From an uncultured Bacteroidales bacterium (GTDB lineage: Bacteria; Bacteroidota; Bacteroidia; Bacteroidales; Paludibacteraceae), in contig ONTT01000006.1 in NCBI GenBank assembly GCA_900320865.1, positions 19,285-83,284 of the forward strand: DNA of 64,000 nucleotides, given 5' to 3'. Of this stretch, positions 1 to 7,864 are shown piece by piece (position 1 is the first letter of the stretch; each line of letters opens with the position of its first letter). Below the pieces are notes generated by a model. It worked only from the letters and a program-made list of their open reading frames with translations, had not been told where the DNA came from and did not search any database. A program made the position numbers and the translations under genes.

Positions 1-794
1 ACCGTTTTGGCTCCTCCGCGGAGCGCATACAACGAGAAGCCACCGGTATAGCAGAACATATTCAGTACATCTTTTCCGCTCGCATAGCGTTCCACCAAGA
101 CGCGGTTCTCCCGCTGGTCCACAAAGAACCCGGTCTTCTGTCCCCGTAGCCAGTCGATGCGAAACTCCAAACCGTTCTCCACACTCCAGAACTCATCTGA
201 ATTGGGGATTTTTGATTTTTGATTTTTGATTTTTGATTCTTGATTTTTGATTAGATAGCCTACCTTATCGCCTTCTATCGATGCTTTGAAGGGCAAGGTA
301 TCATCGGATTTATAATAGACGTTTTGCACCTGCGGGATTTCGCTCATCAGTGCGTTGGCGATCTCATTCCGGCTCTCATGCATGCCTATCGAATGAGCTT
401 GAACCACTGCCGTATCGGCATACACATCTACGATCAGTCCCGGCAGGAAATCACCTTCACCGTGAATGAGACGGAACGTGTTATTATCCGGCCTGATCAA
501 CCCGATCGCTTCACGCACCTTATAGGCGGCATGAATTCGTTCGCACCAGAAATCGGAAGGCAATTGTTCGACCCCAAAGGCAAGAATACGCACGGCTATC
601 GAGCCAATCTGCCAGTGACCGATGCCCAAGACTTCGTTAGCCGCCGAACGCACAGATACCAATTCGCCCTCCACGGGTGCGTCCCCCTTATGCGAGGCGT
701 CTAACAGGACACGGGCAATAGCACCCGAGAACACCCAGGGATGAAAACGCTTGAGCGATTCTTCTTTCTTCGGTTTTAAAAAGACAGTCGTCAT
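1..794 (-). CDS. rlmI: RlmI-like SAM-dependent 23S rRNA (cytosine-C5) methyltransferase, N-terminal 264 codons; the C-terminal part lies beyond the left window edge
   Basis: Own minus-strand translation from ATG 792-794: MTTVFLKPKKEESLKRFHPWVFSGAI...IDWLRGQKTGFFVDQRENR...NMFCYTGGFSLYALRGGAKT. Open to nt 1, so it is absent from the ORF track. The + ORF 324..704 is its antisense shadow. Confidence 0.75.
   Translation of the reverse strand, partial: MTTVFLKPKKEESLKRFHPWVFSGAIARVLLDASHKGDAPVEGELVSVRSAANEVLGIGHWQIGSIAVRILAFGVEQLPSDFWCERIHAAYKVREAIGLIRPDNNTFRLIHGEGDFLPGLIVDVYADTAVVQAHSIGMHESRNEIANALMSEIPQVQNVYYKSDDTLPFKASIEGDKVGYLIKNQESKIKNQKSKIPNSDEFWSVENGLEFRIDWLRGQKTGFFVDQRENRVLVERYASGKDVLNMFCYTGGFSLYALRGGAKT
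207..252. repeat. Heptamer array (GATTTTT)x6.5 inside rlmI
   Basis: Period-7 tandem repeat read directly from the sequence; encodes IKNQESKIKNQKSKI in the rlmI frame. Confidence 0.95.
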
Positions 795-804
795 AAATCG
801 TCTA

Positions 805-1317
805 TTATTCCACGCCGTGGGTTAAATCGTGATACGTATGCAAGGACAGATTGTCGCTCACGTACTTCAGGCTATGCAACTGCTTGAACCCCAACGAGGC
901 GATGAAAGCCAACTCCATATCAAAAACGCAGTCTTTATAATCCGAAGCCAGGACAAAATCCGTATTGGTATAACAAACGGATCTTATAATTTTTGATTTT
1001 TGATTTTTGATTGGTGATTTTTGATTGGGGATTTGTGAAAGATGCAACTCCGGTTCGGGATAGGTGACATTCGGGTGATTGAGACGCACTTCGGTCACTT
1101 CCACCCATGTACCGATTTCGAAATTGGCACTACCGGCATATCCGATATTATACACCTCCGCATCACGGTCCAATCCGGCCAGACTGCGAATGATATTGAT
1201 AGCTCCGACACCGGTATAAATCAGTTGGGCATCCCTCAGATCCAGGCCCAATTGTTCCTTTGCTTTGTCCAGCAAACTGAGTTCGCCTTCCTCCGCCATT
1301 ACGATGATTTTCCTCAT
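805..1317 (-). CDS. Small PNP_UDP_1-family nucleosidase/phosphorylase-like protein (MTA/SAH nucleosidase-like)
   Basis: IVMAEEGE, YTGVGAINII and DMELAFIA resemble Pfs/MtnN motifs. Contains the repeat-encoded segment SQIPNQKSPIKNQKSKI. Confidence 0.55.
   Translation of the reverse strand: MRKIIVMAEEGELSLLDKAKEQLGLDLRDAQLIYTGVGAINIIRSLAGLDRDAEVYNIGYAGSANFEIGTWVEVTEVRLNHPNVTYPEPELHLSQIPNQKSPIKNQKSKIIRSVCYTNTDFVLASDYKDCVFDMELAFIASLGFKQLHSLKYVSDNLSLHTYHDLTHGVE
988..1038. repeat. Heptamer array (GATTTTT/GATTGGN)x7 inside the nucleosidase-like gene
   Basis: Period-7 repeat; encodes SQIPNQKSPIKNQKSKI. Confidence 0.95.
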
Positions 1318-1387
1318 AAAAATTCGATTTACGCCGCAAAATTACAAAAAAATTAGCACATATCAAAATTTTTTATTAATTTTGCAT

Positions 1388-2020
1388 ATGATTTACGGTT
1401 ACATTCGCGTAAGTTCCGAGAAGCAGACGGTCGAGAACCAGCGTTATGAGATAGAACAGTTCTGCGCAGTCAACAACCTGAGTATTGACGGGTGGATAGA
1501 AGAGACCATCAGTGGCACTCGTGCGTACAGTAAACGCCGTTTAGGTCAGTTACTTAAACAGGTTCGTCCGGGAGATACCATCATTTGCTCCGAGTTATCC
1601 CGTTTAGGCAGGTCGCTATTCATGGTTATGGAGATACTGAGTCTCTGCATGAAAAAAGAATGCCGGGTCTGGACGATTAAAGACAACTATCGTTTAGGGG
1701 ACGATATTCAGTCGAAAGTACTGGCATTCGCTTTTGCCTTATCGGCAGAGATAGAGCGTAACCTGATTTCGCAACGCACCAAAGAGGCTTTGGCACGTCT
1801 TCGTGCCGAAGGGAAACACCTGGGTCGCCCCAAAGGAGCCCGGTCATCACAGTCAACTTACAAACTGCGCAACAAAGAGCAGCGTATTCGGAGGATGTTA
1901 AAGCAAGGCTATTCGATGCGAAAAATCAGCGACCAGCTACATTGCAGTCGCAGCACGATTCTTCGATATTACCAGCGGTTTATTGCCCAAGAAAGTGCAG
2001 ATTTGACTGAAAAATTGTAG
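1388..2020 (+). CDS. Serine recombinase (resolvase/invertase family) with C-terminal HTH
   Basis: MIYGYIRVSSEKQ (catalytic Ser motif), GDTIICSELSRLGRS, ISQRTKEAL, C-terminal HTH YSMRKISDQLHCSRSTILRY. The track ORF starts at 1265, but the family N-terminus begins at ATG 1388. Confidence 0.85.
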   Translation: MIYGYIRVSSEKQTVENQRYEIEQFCAVNNLSIDGWIEETISGTRAYSKRRLGQLLKQVRPGDTIICSELSRLGRSLFMVMEILSLCMKKECRVWTIKDNYRLGDDIQSKVLAFAFALSAEIERNLISQRTKEALARLRAEGKHLGRPKGARSSQSTYKLRNKEQRIRRMLKQGYSMRKISDQLHCSRSTILRYYQRFIAQESADLTEKL

Positions 2021-2070
2021 TTTTTTATCACTTTTTTGTCAAAATATTTGCATATGTCAAAAAAAAGCAG

Positions 2071-2078
2071 TACTTTTG
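2071..2078 (+). promoter_or_regulatory. Bacteroidetes -7 box TACTTTTG upstream of tRNA-Met
   Basis: Matches TAnnTTTG; 31 nt upstream of the mature tRNA 5-prime end. Confidence 0.6.
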
Positions 2079-2108
2079 CAGTCCCGTTTGAAAAAAGCGG
2101 TGTAGTAT

Positions 2109-2183
<75 letters not shown>

Positions 2184-2212
2184 AGAGACATTCGCTGAAT
2201 GTCTCTTTTTGT
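2184..2212 (+). terminator. Rho-independent terminator after tRNA-Met
   Basis: 9-bp stem AGAGACATT/AATGTCTCT, 5-nt loop, T-run. Confidence 0.8.
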
Positions 2213-2228
2213 TAAAAAACGAAATACC

Positions 2229-3506
2229 ATGCGAAAACTTCTTACTCTGTTTTGCTTAGCATTCTGTTGCGCATCCATCATCTCGGTAGAGCGCGTCTCG
2301 TTAGAGCAACTTCAATCGGACTGGACCAAGTATACCAACCAAACCGTGGAGATAACTACCCCACTCGTTGTGTGCGGTAGTTTTTATGACTCGCTGGTGT
2401 TAGCTCCGGAGCGTCTCTTCTGTCCGGAGGAGCGAGCTATTGGTTTGGCGGACGGAGACAGCACGATGTATTATCAGTTGGCGGCTCATAACCGGGAAAC
2501 CAGTATCTGTGTACACCTGCGTAACAGTTATTATAAGGTGCGGACCGGAGATATCGTGCGCGGGTTGAAGGCTCGTGTGAGCGGAGAACGCCAACTGGTG
2601 ACCGGTAAGTCGGTTCGCACACGACATTTGCCGCAGGACCGTTTACCGAGACCAAAGAAAGGGGAACTGCGTGTCGTAGGCGCGAATATAGAAAATTACT
2701 TCGCGGACTTAGGCGGCTATGCGCATAAGAAAACCACTCCTGCGCAACAAGCGCTGAAGACCACGAAGTTGGTTGCGGGTCTGCAAGCGATGCATGCGGA
2801 TATCATTGCATGCTGCGAGATGCAGGTAGGCGCCAAAGCGCCGAAGATGCTGCTGGAGGCACTGAACAGAAACGGTGAACGCTATGCCTATATCACCCTG
2901 CCGCTGGAGGACATGGATCGTATCGGCGGATGCTTTATATACAATAAGGAGCGCGTGCGCCCGTATGAAGAACCGCTTTCGGCCTATCAGGACACCGGTT
3001 CTCATTACTACGCACGCATGTACGCAGTCGGTTTTGAAGAGATAGCAACCGGAGAAAAACTGATCATCGGTCTCAACCACTTCAAGTCCAAACGAGCAGG
3101 ACGAGGCAATTACGACACCCACCTCAAACGCATGCAGAACACGGACAGTCTGCTCGCGATGTTACCGCAGGCTATAGCCCGTTTCGAAGACGCAGACATC
3201 CTGTTATTGGGAGACTATAACTGCTATACGCAGGAGGGACCTATTCAAGCCATCGTGCGGGCAGGCTATGCGGATATGTTACCTCTGGGACACGCGGCAG
3301 ACTACTCCTATTCCTTCAAAGGCGAAGCCGGATACCTGGATCGCTGCTTTGCCAACCCGTCTATGAGCACCCAGATCATACGCGTGCGTCCCTGGCATGT
3401 GAATGCCGACTGGTATTACCAACACGGCGCGTATAAGATGAAAGACAAGAGCTTGCATCGCTACGCCGATCACGATCCGATTATTGTAGATATCAAATTA
3501 AAATGA
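2229..3506 (+). CDS. Secreted endonuclease/exonuclease/phosphatase (EEP) family nuclease, ExeM/NucH-like
   Basis: Signal peptide MRKLLTLFCLAFCCASI; EEP motifs VVGANIENYF, DIIACCEMQ, LLLGDYNCY, HRYADHDPIIVDI. Start moved to ATG 2229 because the track start overlaps the tRNA terminator. Confidence 0.7.
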   Translation: MRKLLTLFCLAFCCASIISVERVSLEQLQSDWTKYTNQTVEITTPLVVCGSFYDSLVLAPERLFCPEERAIGLADGDSTMYYQLAAHNRETSICVHLRNSYYKVRTGDIVRGLKARVSGERQLVTGKSVRTRHLPQDRLPRPKKGELRVVGANIENYFADLGGYAHKKTTPAQQALKTTKLVAGLQAMHADIIACCEMQVGAKAPKMLLEALNRNGERYAYITLPLEDMDRIGGCFIYNKERVRPYEEPLSAYQDTGSHYYARMYAVGFEEIATGEKLIIGLNHFKSKRAGRGNYDTHLKRMQNTDSLLAMLPQAIARFEDADILLLGDYNCYTQEGPIQAIVRAGYADMLPLGHAADYSYSFKGEAGYLDRCFANPSMSTQIIRVRPWHVNADWYYQHGAYKMKDKSLHRYADHDPIIVDIKLK

Positions 3507-3513
3507 AAAATGA

Positions 3514-3542
3514 AAATAGCAGCCATCGAGGCTGCTATTTTT
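3514..3542. terminator. Bidirectional hairpin terminator between the EEP nuclease gene and tRNA-Arg
   Basis: 11-bp stem AAATAGCAGCC/GGCTGCTATTT flanked by an A-run and a T-run. Confidence 0.8.
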
Positions 3543-3560
3543 CTGTGACCCTGCTGGGGC
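3541..3560 (-). repeat. Duplicate of the tRNA-Arg 3-prime end (20 nt identical to 3591-3610)
   Basis: TTCTGTGACCCTGCTGGGGC occurs at 3541-3560 and at 3591-3610. The second copy is the real tRNA acceptor/T-stem plus 5 trailer nt. Confidence 0.9.
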
Positions 3561-3595
3561 AGGTTCTACCTTGCGCCTGGCGGCGCGAGCTTCTG

Positions 3596-3669
3596 TGACC
3601 CTGCTGGGGCTCAAACCCAGAACCTTCAGAACCGGAATCTGACACTCTATTCAATTGAGCTACAGGGCC
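3596..3669 (-). tRNA. tRNA-Arg (CCG)
   Basis: Minus strand GGCCCTGTAGCTCAATTGAATAGAGTGTCAGATTCCGGTTCTGAAGGTTCTGGGTTTGAGCCCCAGCAGGGTCA. Anticodon loop TTCCGGT, T-loop TTTGAGC, 7-bp acceptor stem. Confidence 0.9.
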
Positions 3670-3674
3670 AAAAC

Positions 3675-4133
3675 TTATTCTTTTTTTCTGCGCCGTCTGC
3701 AGGTTCTACACTCGCCGTAGATAAAAAGCGAGAAACGCTGCATTTCGAAATTGGTATATTTTCGTTCTTCCACCAACCGCTCGATGGCTTTATCCTGGAT
3801 ATCCGTCACACGGCCGCATTTCAAGCATACGACTTGCATGCGCGGGCGGGGAAGGACTATCAATTCGTACTCATTATTTGTTTTACCGCGCTGCCTGTTA
3901 TTCACATGCAGTATCTGCGCGTCTACCAGCAACTCCAGCACATTATACACCGTAGCCACCGAGATATGTTCCGGTTCGCACGCCTTCACCAACAGCTGAG
4001 CCGTAAAGGGTTGCGGTAACTGGCATATCAATTCCAGCACCATATTACGGACCGAGGAAGGACGCATGCCGTGCGTTTTCACATAGTTGCTCAACGCCAG
4101 CAAGGCGGCTCGATATAACTTCGCTCCTTTCAC
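3675..4133 (-). CDS. Fur-family metal-responsive transcriptional repressor
   Basis: Winged-helix N-domain (RPSSVRNMVLELI...ATVYNVLELL) and two CxxC pairs (CLKCGRV, CRTC). 152 aa. Confidence 0.75.
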   Translation of the reverse strand: MKGAKLYRAALLALSNYVKTHGMRPSSVRNMVLELICQLPQPFTAQLLVKACEPEHISVATVYNVLELLVDAQILHVNNRQRGKTNNEYELIVLPRPRMQVVCLKCGRVTDIQDKAIERLVEERKYTNFEMQRFSLFIYGECRTCRRRRKKE

Positions 4134-4136
4134 CTG

Positions 4137-5267
4137 TTAGATCGGTTTGATATACGCGCGACGACGTTTATGCTGCTTGTGCGGCACCTGCTCAAAGAAC
4201 CCGATGATATTACGATTGGTCTCCAGCATCGATGTCGTCTCCATGCGTTGGATCTTATAGTCGTTGATATACGGAATCTGATCGCGCAGACACAACTGAC
4301 TCAGACCCTTGTTCTCGTAGTCCGAACGAACGGCAATAAGCAGGAAGTTAAAGGCCTCCATCGGCTTTGCCTTCAGCGCTTTCAGGATATGATACCATCC
4401 GAAGGGGAAGAGCCGGCCACCGCATTTACGAAGAGCTTTGGAGATATCCGGCATACCCAGACCGACGCAGACCAACTCGTCTTTCTCATTCACTATTAAT
4501 GAAACGAAGTCGAAGTTCAATATCGGGAAGTACATATCTTTGTAATAGTTCTTCTGGCGCTCCGTCATCGGCTGGAAGTTATACAAACGCTGGTAAGCCT
4601 GGTCGATGATATCCATATACGATGTACCGAACCGACGCACTAACTCACGGGCATTCTTCACTTTGACGGGATGCACTTTCGCGCGCTGCATGATAACCTG
4701 ACAAAGGCGCTCCTGACGCTCCGTCCAATCCAATGGCGGGTGGATCTGCATCTCAATCCAGTCGACCTCTTTCTTCAAACCATAGGCATCGACATGCTTC
4801 ACATAATACGGATAGTTATACAACGAAGCCATCGGCGCCAGGTACTCATATCCCTCCAGCAGCAAACCCTCGTGATCAAAATCCGTGAATCCGACCGGTC
4901 CGTTCAAGGCATCCATGCCGTGTTCCTTTCCCCACGCAGCCACCGTATCGAGCAGGGCTTTGCTCACCTCGAAATCATCAATGAAGTCGAACCACCCGAA
5001 ACGAACATGCTTGAAACCCCATTTCTCATTCGCACGATGATTGATGATACCGGCAATACGTCCTACAGGCTTGTTATCGCGATAAGCCATCCATAACCGG
5101 AACTCACTTACCTCCAAAGCCGGGTTCTTCTCGGGAGTGAAGCAATTCATCTCATCGAAGAACAAAGGCGGACAATAATACGGACAGTCCTTGTATAAGT
5201 CGTTCGCAAACTCAATGAAGCGCTTCAGCTCTTTGCGCGTACGTATTTCACGAATCTCTACTGCCAT
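4137..5267 (-). CDS. GNAT-like acyltransferase-family protein (function unknown)
   Basis: MAVEIREIRTRKELKRFIEFANDLYKDCPYYCPPLFFDE... About 376 aa. Start chosen at ATG 5265-5267, downstream of a -7 box. The family assignment is a recollection, not verified. Confidence 0.5.
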   Translation of the reverse strand: MAVEIREIRTRKELKRFIEFANDLYKDCPYYCPPLFFDEMNCFTPEKNPALEVSEFRLWMAYRDNKPVGRIAGIINHRANEKWGFKHVRFGWFDFIDDFEVSKALLDTVAAWGKEHGMDALNGPVGFTDFDHEGLLLEGYEYLAPMASLYNYPYYVKHVDAYGLKKEVDWIEMQIHPPLDWTERQERLCQVIMQRAKVHPVKVKNARELVRRFGTSYMDIIDQAYQRLYNFQPMTERQKNYYKDMYFPILNFDFVSLIVNEKDELVCVGLGMPDISKALRKCGGRLFPFGWYHILKALKAKPMEAFNFLLIAVRSDYENKGLSQLCLRDQIPYINDYKIQRMETTSMLETNRNIIGFFEQVPHKQHKRRRAYIKPI

Positions 5268-5294
5268 TCTATACCGTTTTAGTAAAAAATCGTG

Positions 5295-5302
5295 CAAAAG
5301 TA
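5295..5302 (-). promoter_or_regulatory. -7 box (TACTTTTG on the minus strand) for the GNAT-like gene
   Basis: TAnnTTTG match 28 nt upstream of ATG 5267. Confidence 0.55.
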
Positions 5303-5334
5303 CAAAAATATTTTGATATATGCAAAAAAAAGTG

Positions 5335-5342
5335 TAATTTTG
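5335..5342 (+). promoter_or_regulatory. -7 box TAATTTTG, candidate ssrA promoter
   Basis: TAnnTTTG match ~155 nt upstream of mature tmRNA; implies a processed leader containing the 72-nt element. Confidence 0.4.
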
Positions 5343-5425
5343 CACGCTTTTTCGCCATTAGGGGTACTTTGCCCCTTCCGGCGGAGGCCGACAAGTAGGG
5401 CTCCCGAAAATTTTTAATTTTTGGG

Positions 5426-5497
5426 AAGAGCGTAGCACAACACGTAGCGCTATACAAGGGCAGAGCCCGCAGTCGCGCGAGTGTTAGTGTAAGCGAG
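5426..5497 (+). repeat. 72-nt leader element upstream of tmRNA, paralogous to 6128-6199
   Basis: Hand-made ungapped alignment with 6128-6199 gives 55/72 identities. Both copies end exactly at the first nt of the mature RNA. Confidence 0.8.
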
Positions 5498-5864
5498 GGG
5501 GCTATTTGGTTTTGACAGCAGGTAGAATGGTTATGTAAGCACGCCGAGCAATGAAGCACGCTCGTTAATCTCGCTTCAAAAAATTAACTGGCAACTATGA
5601 GTATGCTCTCGCTGCCTAATCGAAGTATAGTAGATTAGCCTTTTTCGGATGCAAGGCGTCTGAACGAGACATCGCTCGGATATAGCGGTGCGGAAATTCA
5701 CAGAATAGATGTCGCAGGCTGCGATGCGAGGTCGAAAACAAAGCAGATAAGTCGGTAGTTGGTGGCTTGGGTCTTGCTGCCGAACGAAAATCAAGGCCAA
5801 GATAAGCGTGTAGAAAGCGTAAGTATTCCTTGTTTGGACACGGGTTCGAATCCCGTTAGCTCCA
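5498..5864 (+). ncRNA. ssrA: tmRNA (SsrA); tag reading frame 5590-5619 encodes GNYEYALAA*
   Basis: 5-prime GGGGCTATTTGGTTTTGACAG, tag GGC AAC TAT GAG TAT GCT CTC GCT GCC TAA, 3-prime tRNA-like end GGACACGGGTTCGAATCCCGTTAGCTCCA. G3:U70 is present in the acceptor stem. Confidence 0.92.
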
Positions 5865-5957
5865 CACCGCAACAGCTATAGGCTGTTCCGGGGATCTAAA
5901 GGGATCCACACCCGGGTTCTTAACCCTAAAGGGTACGATTAATGCACAAGTGCATTT

Positions 5958-5978
5958 TTCGAATCCCGTTAGCTCCAC
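5958..5978 (+). repeat. Duplicate of the tmRNA 3-prime end (21 nt identical to 5845-5865)
   Basis: TTCGAATCCCGTTAGCTCCAC occurs at 5845-5865 (in ssrA) and again at 5958-5978. Confidence 0.9.
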
Positions 5979-6127
5979 TCGTCGGAAGTGGCTTACAACG
6001 ACTTCGTTACTCTGTAACTCGTGTGGTTGCCGCACTTCCTCCTCTCCGATTAAAATATCGCTGCGCTAGCATTTTAATCGGTCATTAAAAACTAGCGAGG
6101 ACTGCTAGTGAAACGATAGTCCGAGCT

Positions 6128-6199
6128 AAGAGCGTAGCGCAATACGTAGCGTTATCGAGCGACAGGGTCGCGAGTCACGCGAGTATTAGCGTAAGCGGG
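6128..6199 (+). repeat. 72-nt leader element upstream of tRNA-Ala(GGC), paralogous to 5426-5497
   Basis: See 5426-5497. Shared blocks: AAGAGCGTAGC, ACGTAGCG, GCGAGT, TTAG.GTAAGCG. Confidence 0.8.
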
Positions 6200-6273
6200 G
6201 GGGTATTAGCTCATCTGGCTAGAGCGCAACACTGGCAGTGTTGAGGTGGGGAGTTCGAGTCTCCCATGCTCCA
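6200..6273 (+). tRNA. tRNA-Ala (GGC)
   Basis: GGGGTATTAGCTCATCTGGCTAGAGCGCAACACTGGCAGTGTTGAGGTGGGGAGTTCGAGTCTCCCATGCTCCA. G3:U70, anticodon loop CTGGCAG. Confidence 0.9.
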
Positions 6274-6274
6274 C

Positions 6275-6302
6275 AAAAAAAGAGGCTCAGCGCCTCTTTT
6301 TT
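6275..6302. terminator. Bidirectional terminator between tRNA-Ala(GGC) and the AI-2E transporter gene
   Basis: AAAAAAAGAGGCTCAGCGCCTCTTTTTT. Confidence 0.75.
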
Positions 6303-7339
6303 GTTTTTGACTCTTGTTTAGGAATCTCTTGTGTTTGAGCTTTCACCTCTTTTTTGGCAGCGAAGTTCTTGTAATACGATACCATCAGCGTGGTAAGCGG
6401 CAAAGCTACGATCATACCGATTATACCAAACAGCACACCCCAGATACTGAGTGAGAGTAAGATAGATGCAGGTCCTAAACCTGTCACTTTACCCATGATT
6501 TTAGGAGTGAGTACCATATCTTGTAAAGTCTGGACGATGACAAACACCAGCGCCATGCAAAGAAGCGTGAGCCATATGGGTCGGCCTGTTTGCGCCGACT
6601 GAACCAGACAAAGCAGGATACAAGGCGGAATACCCAGCCCTTGCATATACGGCACCAGATTGAGGACTCCGATGATGAGTCCCATCGCAATACCCATCGG
6701 CATACCAATAATGCAGAAACCGATAGCAAAGAGGATACCTACGATCAGCGCAACCAGTCCCTGTCCGCGGAAATAGGCGTTCATATTATGGTTCACGTCG
6801 CGCATAAGCACGCGCGCTTTATCGCGGTACTTCACCGGCACATAGTAAATCCAGTTAGCCCGAATCTTCGGGAAATCGATCATCAGGAAGATGAGGTACA
6901 TCAGACTGATGAAGATCACAACCAACTCCGCCAACCAACTCAATCCGCCGGTGATCCATCCACCCACTTTGGGAGCCAGATCTTTCAATGCATCCCGCAC
7001 TTCCGGATAGGATAACACAGACTCCAAGTTCAGTCCATCAAGGGTGCTATGGATCTTCTCCTGTTGTTCGGGCGTGAAATATTTGTCCGCATCGAAACCG
7101 GCAAAATACTGCTCCACTCCTACGGCAGCCGATTTCACTTCTCGCCCGATAGCCGGAATGAGCAGATAAACGGACAGCGTGAGCAAACCGACAAACAGCA
7201 GCAGGACAATTGCTACCGATAGTCCACGGAACTTCACTCTGCACTTATTCTGCACAAAGTTAACCAGCGGATCCAGCAGGTATGCCAGCAGGAAACTGAC
7301 AAAGAACGGCAATAACACGCCGTATATACGAGAAAGCAT
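6287..7339 (-). CDS. AI-2E family transporter (PerM/UPF0118)
   Basis: 350 aa polytopic membrane protein with an N-terminus of LLPFFVSFLLAYLLDPLVNF and a basic C-terminal tail. Typical family length and topology. Confidence 0.7.
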   Translation of the reverse strand: MLSRIYGVLLPFFVSFLLAYLLDPLVNFVQNKCRVKFRGLSVAIVLLLFVGLLTLSVYLLIPAIGREVKSAAVGVEQYFAGFDADKYFTPEQQEKIHSTLDGLNLESVLSYPEVRDALKDLAPKVGGWITGGLSWLAELVVIFISLMYLIFLMIDFPKIRANWIYYVPVKYRDKARVLMRDVNHNMNAYFRGQGLVALIVGILFAIGFCIIGMPMGIAMGLIIGVLNLVPYMQGLGIPPCILLCLVQSAQTGRPIWLTLLCMALVFVIVQTLQDMVLTPKIMGKVTGLGPASILLSLSIWGVLFGIIGMIVALPLTTLMVSYYKNFAAKKEVKAQTQEIPKQESKTKKRR

Positions 7340-7345
7340 AGCGGT

Positions 7346-7864
7346 TTATTTGCGGAACAAACCACGGATGAAATTCCAAGCTGTCTGCGCCAGATTCACA
7401 TAGTGATTGTACATCGCTTTGGCAAAACGCACATAGCCGTTCAGGCGCTCGCGTTGAACCGCCGCACGACCTTCGGCACGAAGGGATTCCAATTGCAGTT
7501 CCTCGCTATTCTTCAGTCCACTCAGTTTGCGCACGATAGGATCGACAAAGAGCGCTTTGCTGCAGAGAATCAGCACAGGAATCAACAGCAGATAAACGGC
7601 TCCCACAATCAGGCATGCCGCCCACGCAGGTACGCACAGCGCCAAAGCAAAGACGGCAGCCGCAGCACAGAAGGAAAGTACCGCGAAGGCCACCAGAATA
7701 ATGCAGATCGTGAGCAGCAACGAACCTACCAGACGGCTGGAGTGGTCTATCATCTTCAAACGGGCTACTTCGTATTCCGCTTTCGCCAGAGTCTCTACTT
7801 CCGACAAGATCTGTTCGGTCTTGTCCTGTAATTCATTCTTTTCCTTTTCCATAGTAGTACGCAT
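7346..7864 (-). CDS. Holin-like (Phage_holin_3_6 / DUF1469, YqjE-like) membrane protein
   Basis: Coiled N-terminus, two adjacent TM helices (LLLTICIILVAFAVLSF..., WAACLIVGAVYLLLIPVLIL). Directly follows ytxH, as in the conserved Bacteroidales trio. Confidence 0.55.
   Translation of the reverse strand: MRTTMEKEKNELQDKTEQILSEVETLAKAEYEVARLKMIDHSSRLVGSLLLTICIILVAFAVLSFCAAAAVFALALCVPAWAACLIVGAVYLLLIPVLILCSKALFVDPIVRKLSGLKNSEELQLESLRAEGRAAVQRERLNGYVRFAKAMYNHYVNLAQTAWNFIRGLFRK

Noticed and set aside
324-704. 126-aa plus-strand ORF at the left edge
   Set aside because: It lies antisense within the edge-truncated rlmI-like gene, whose minus-strand translation shows clear methyltransferase motifs.
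5576-5872. 98-aa minus-strand ORF
   Set aside because: It lies entirely within the tmRNA gene. ORF 5269..5559 likewise covers the ssrA promoter and leader, and 2057..2281 covers tRNA-Met.
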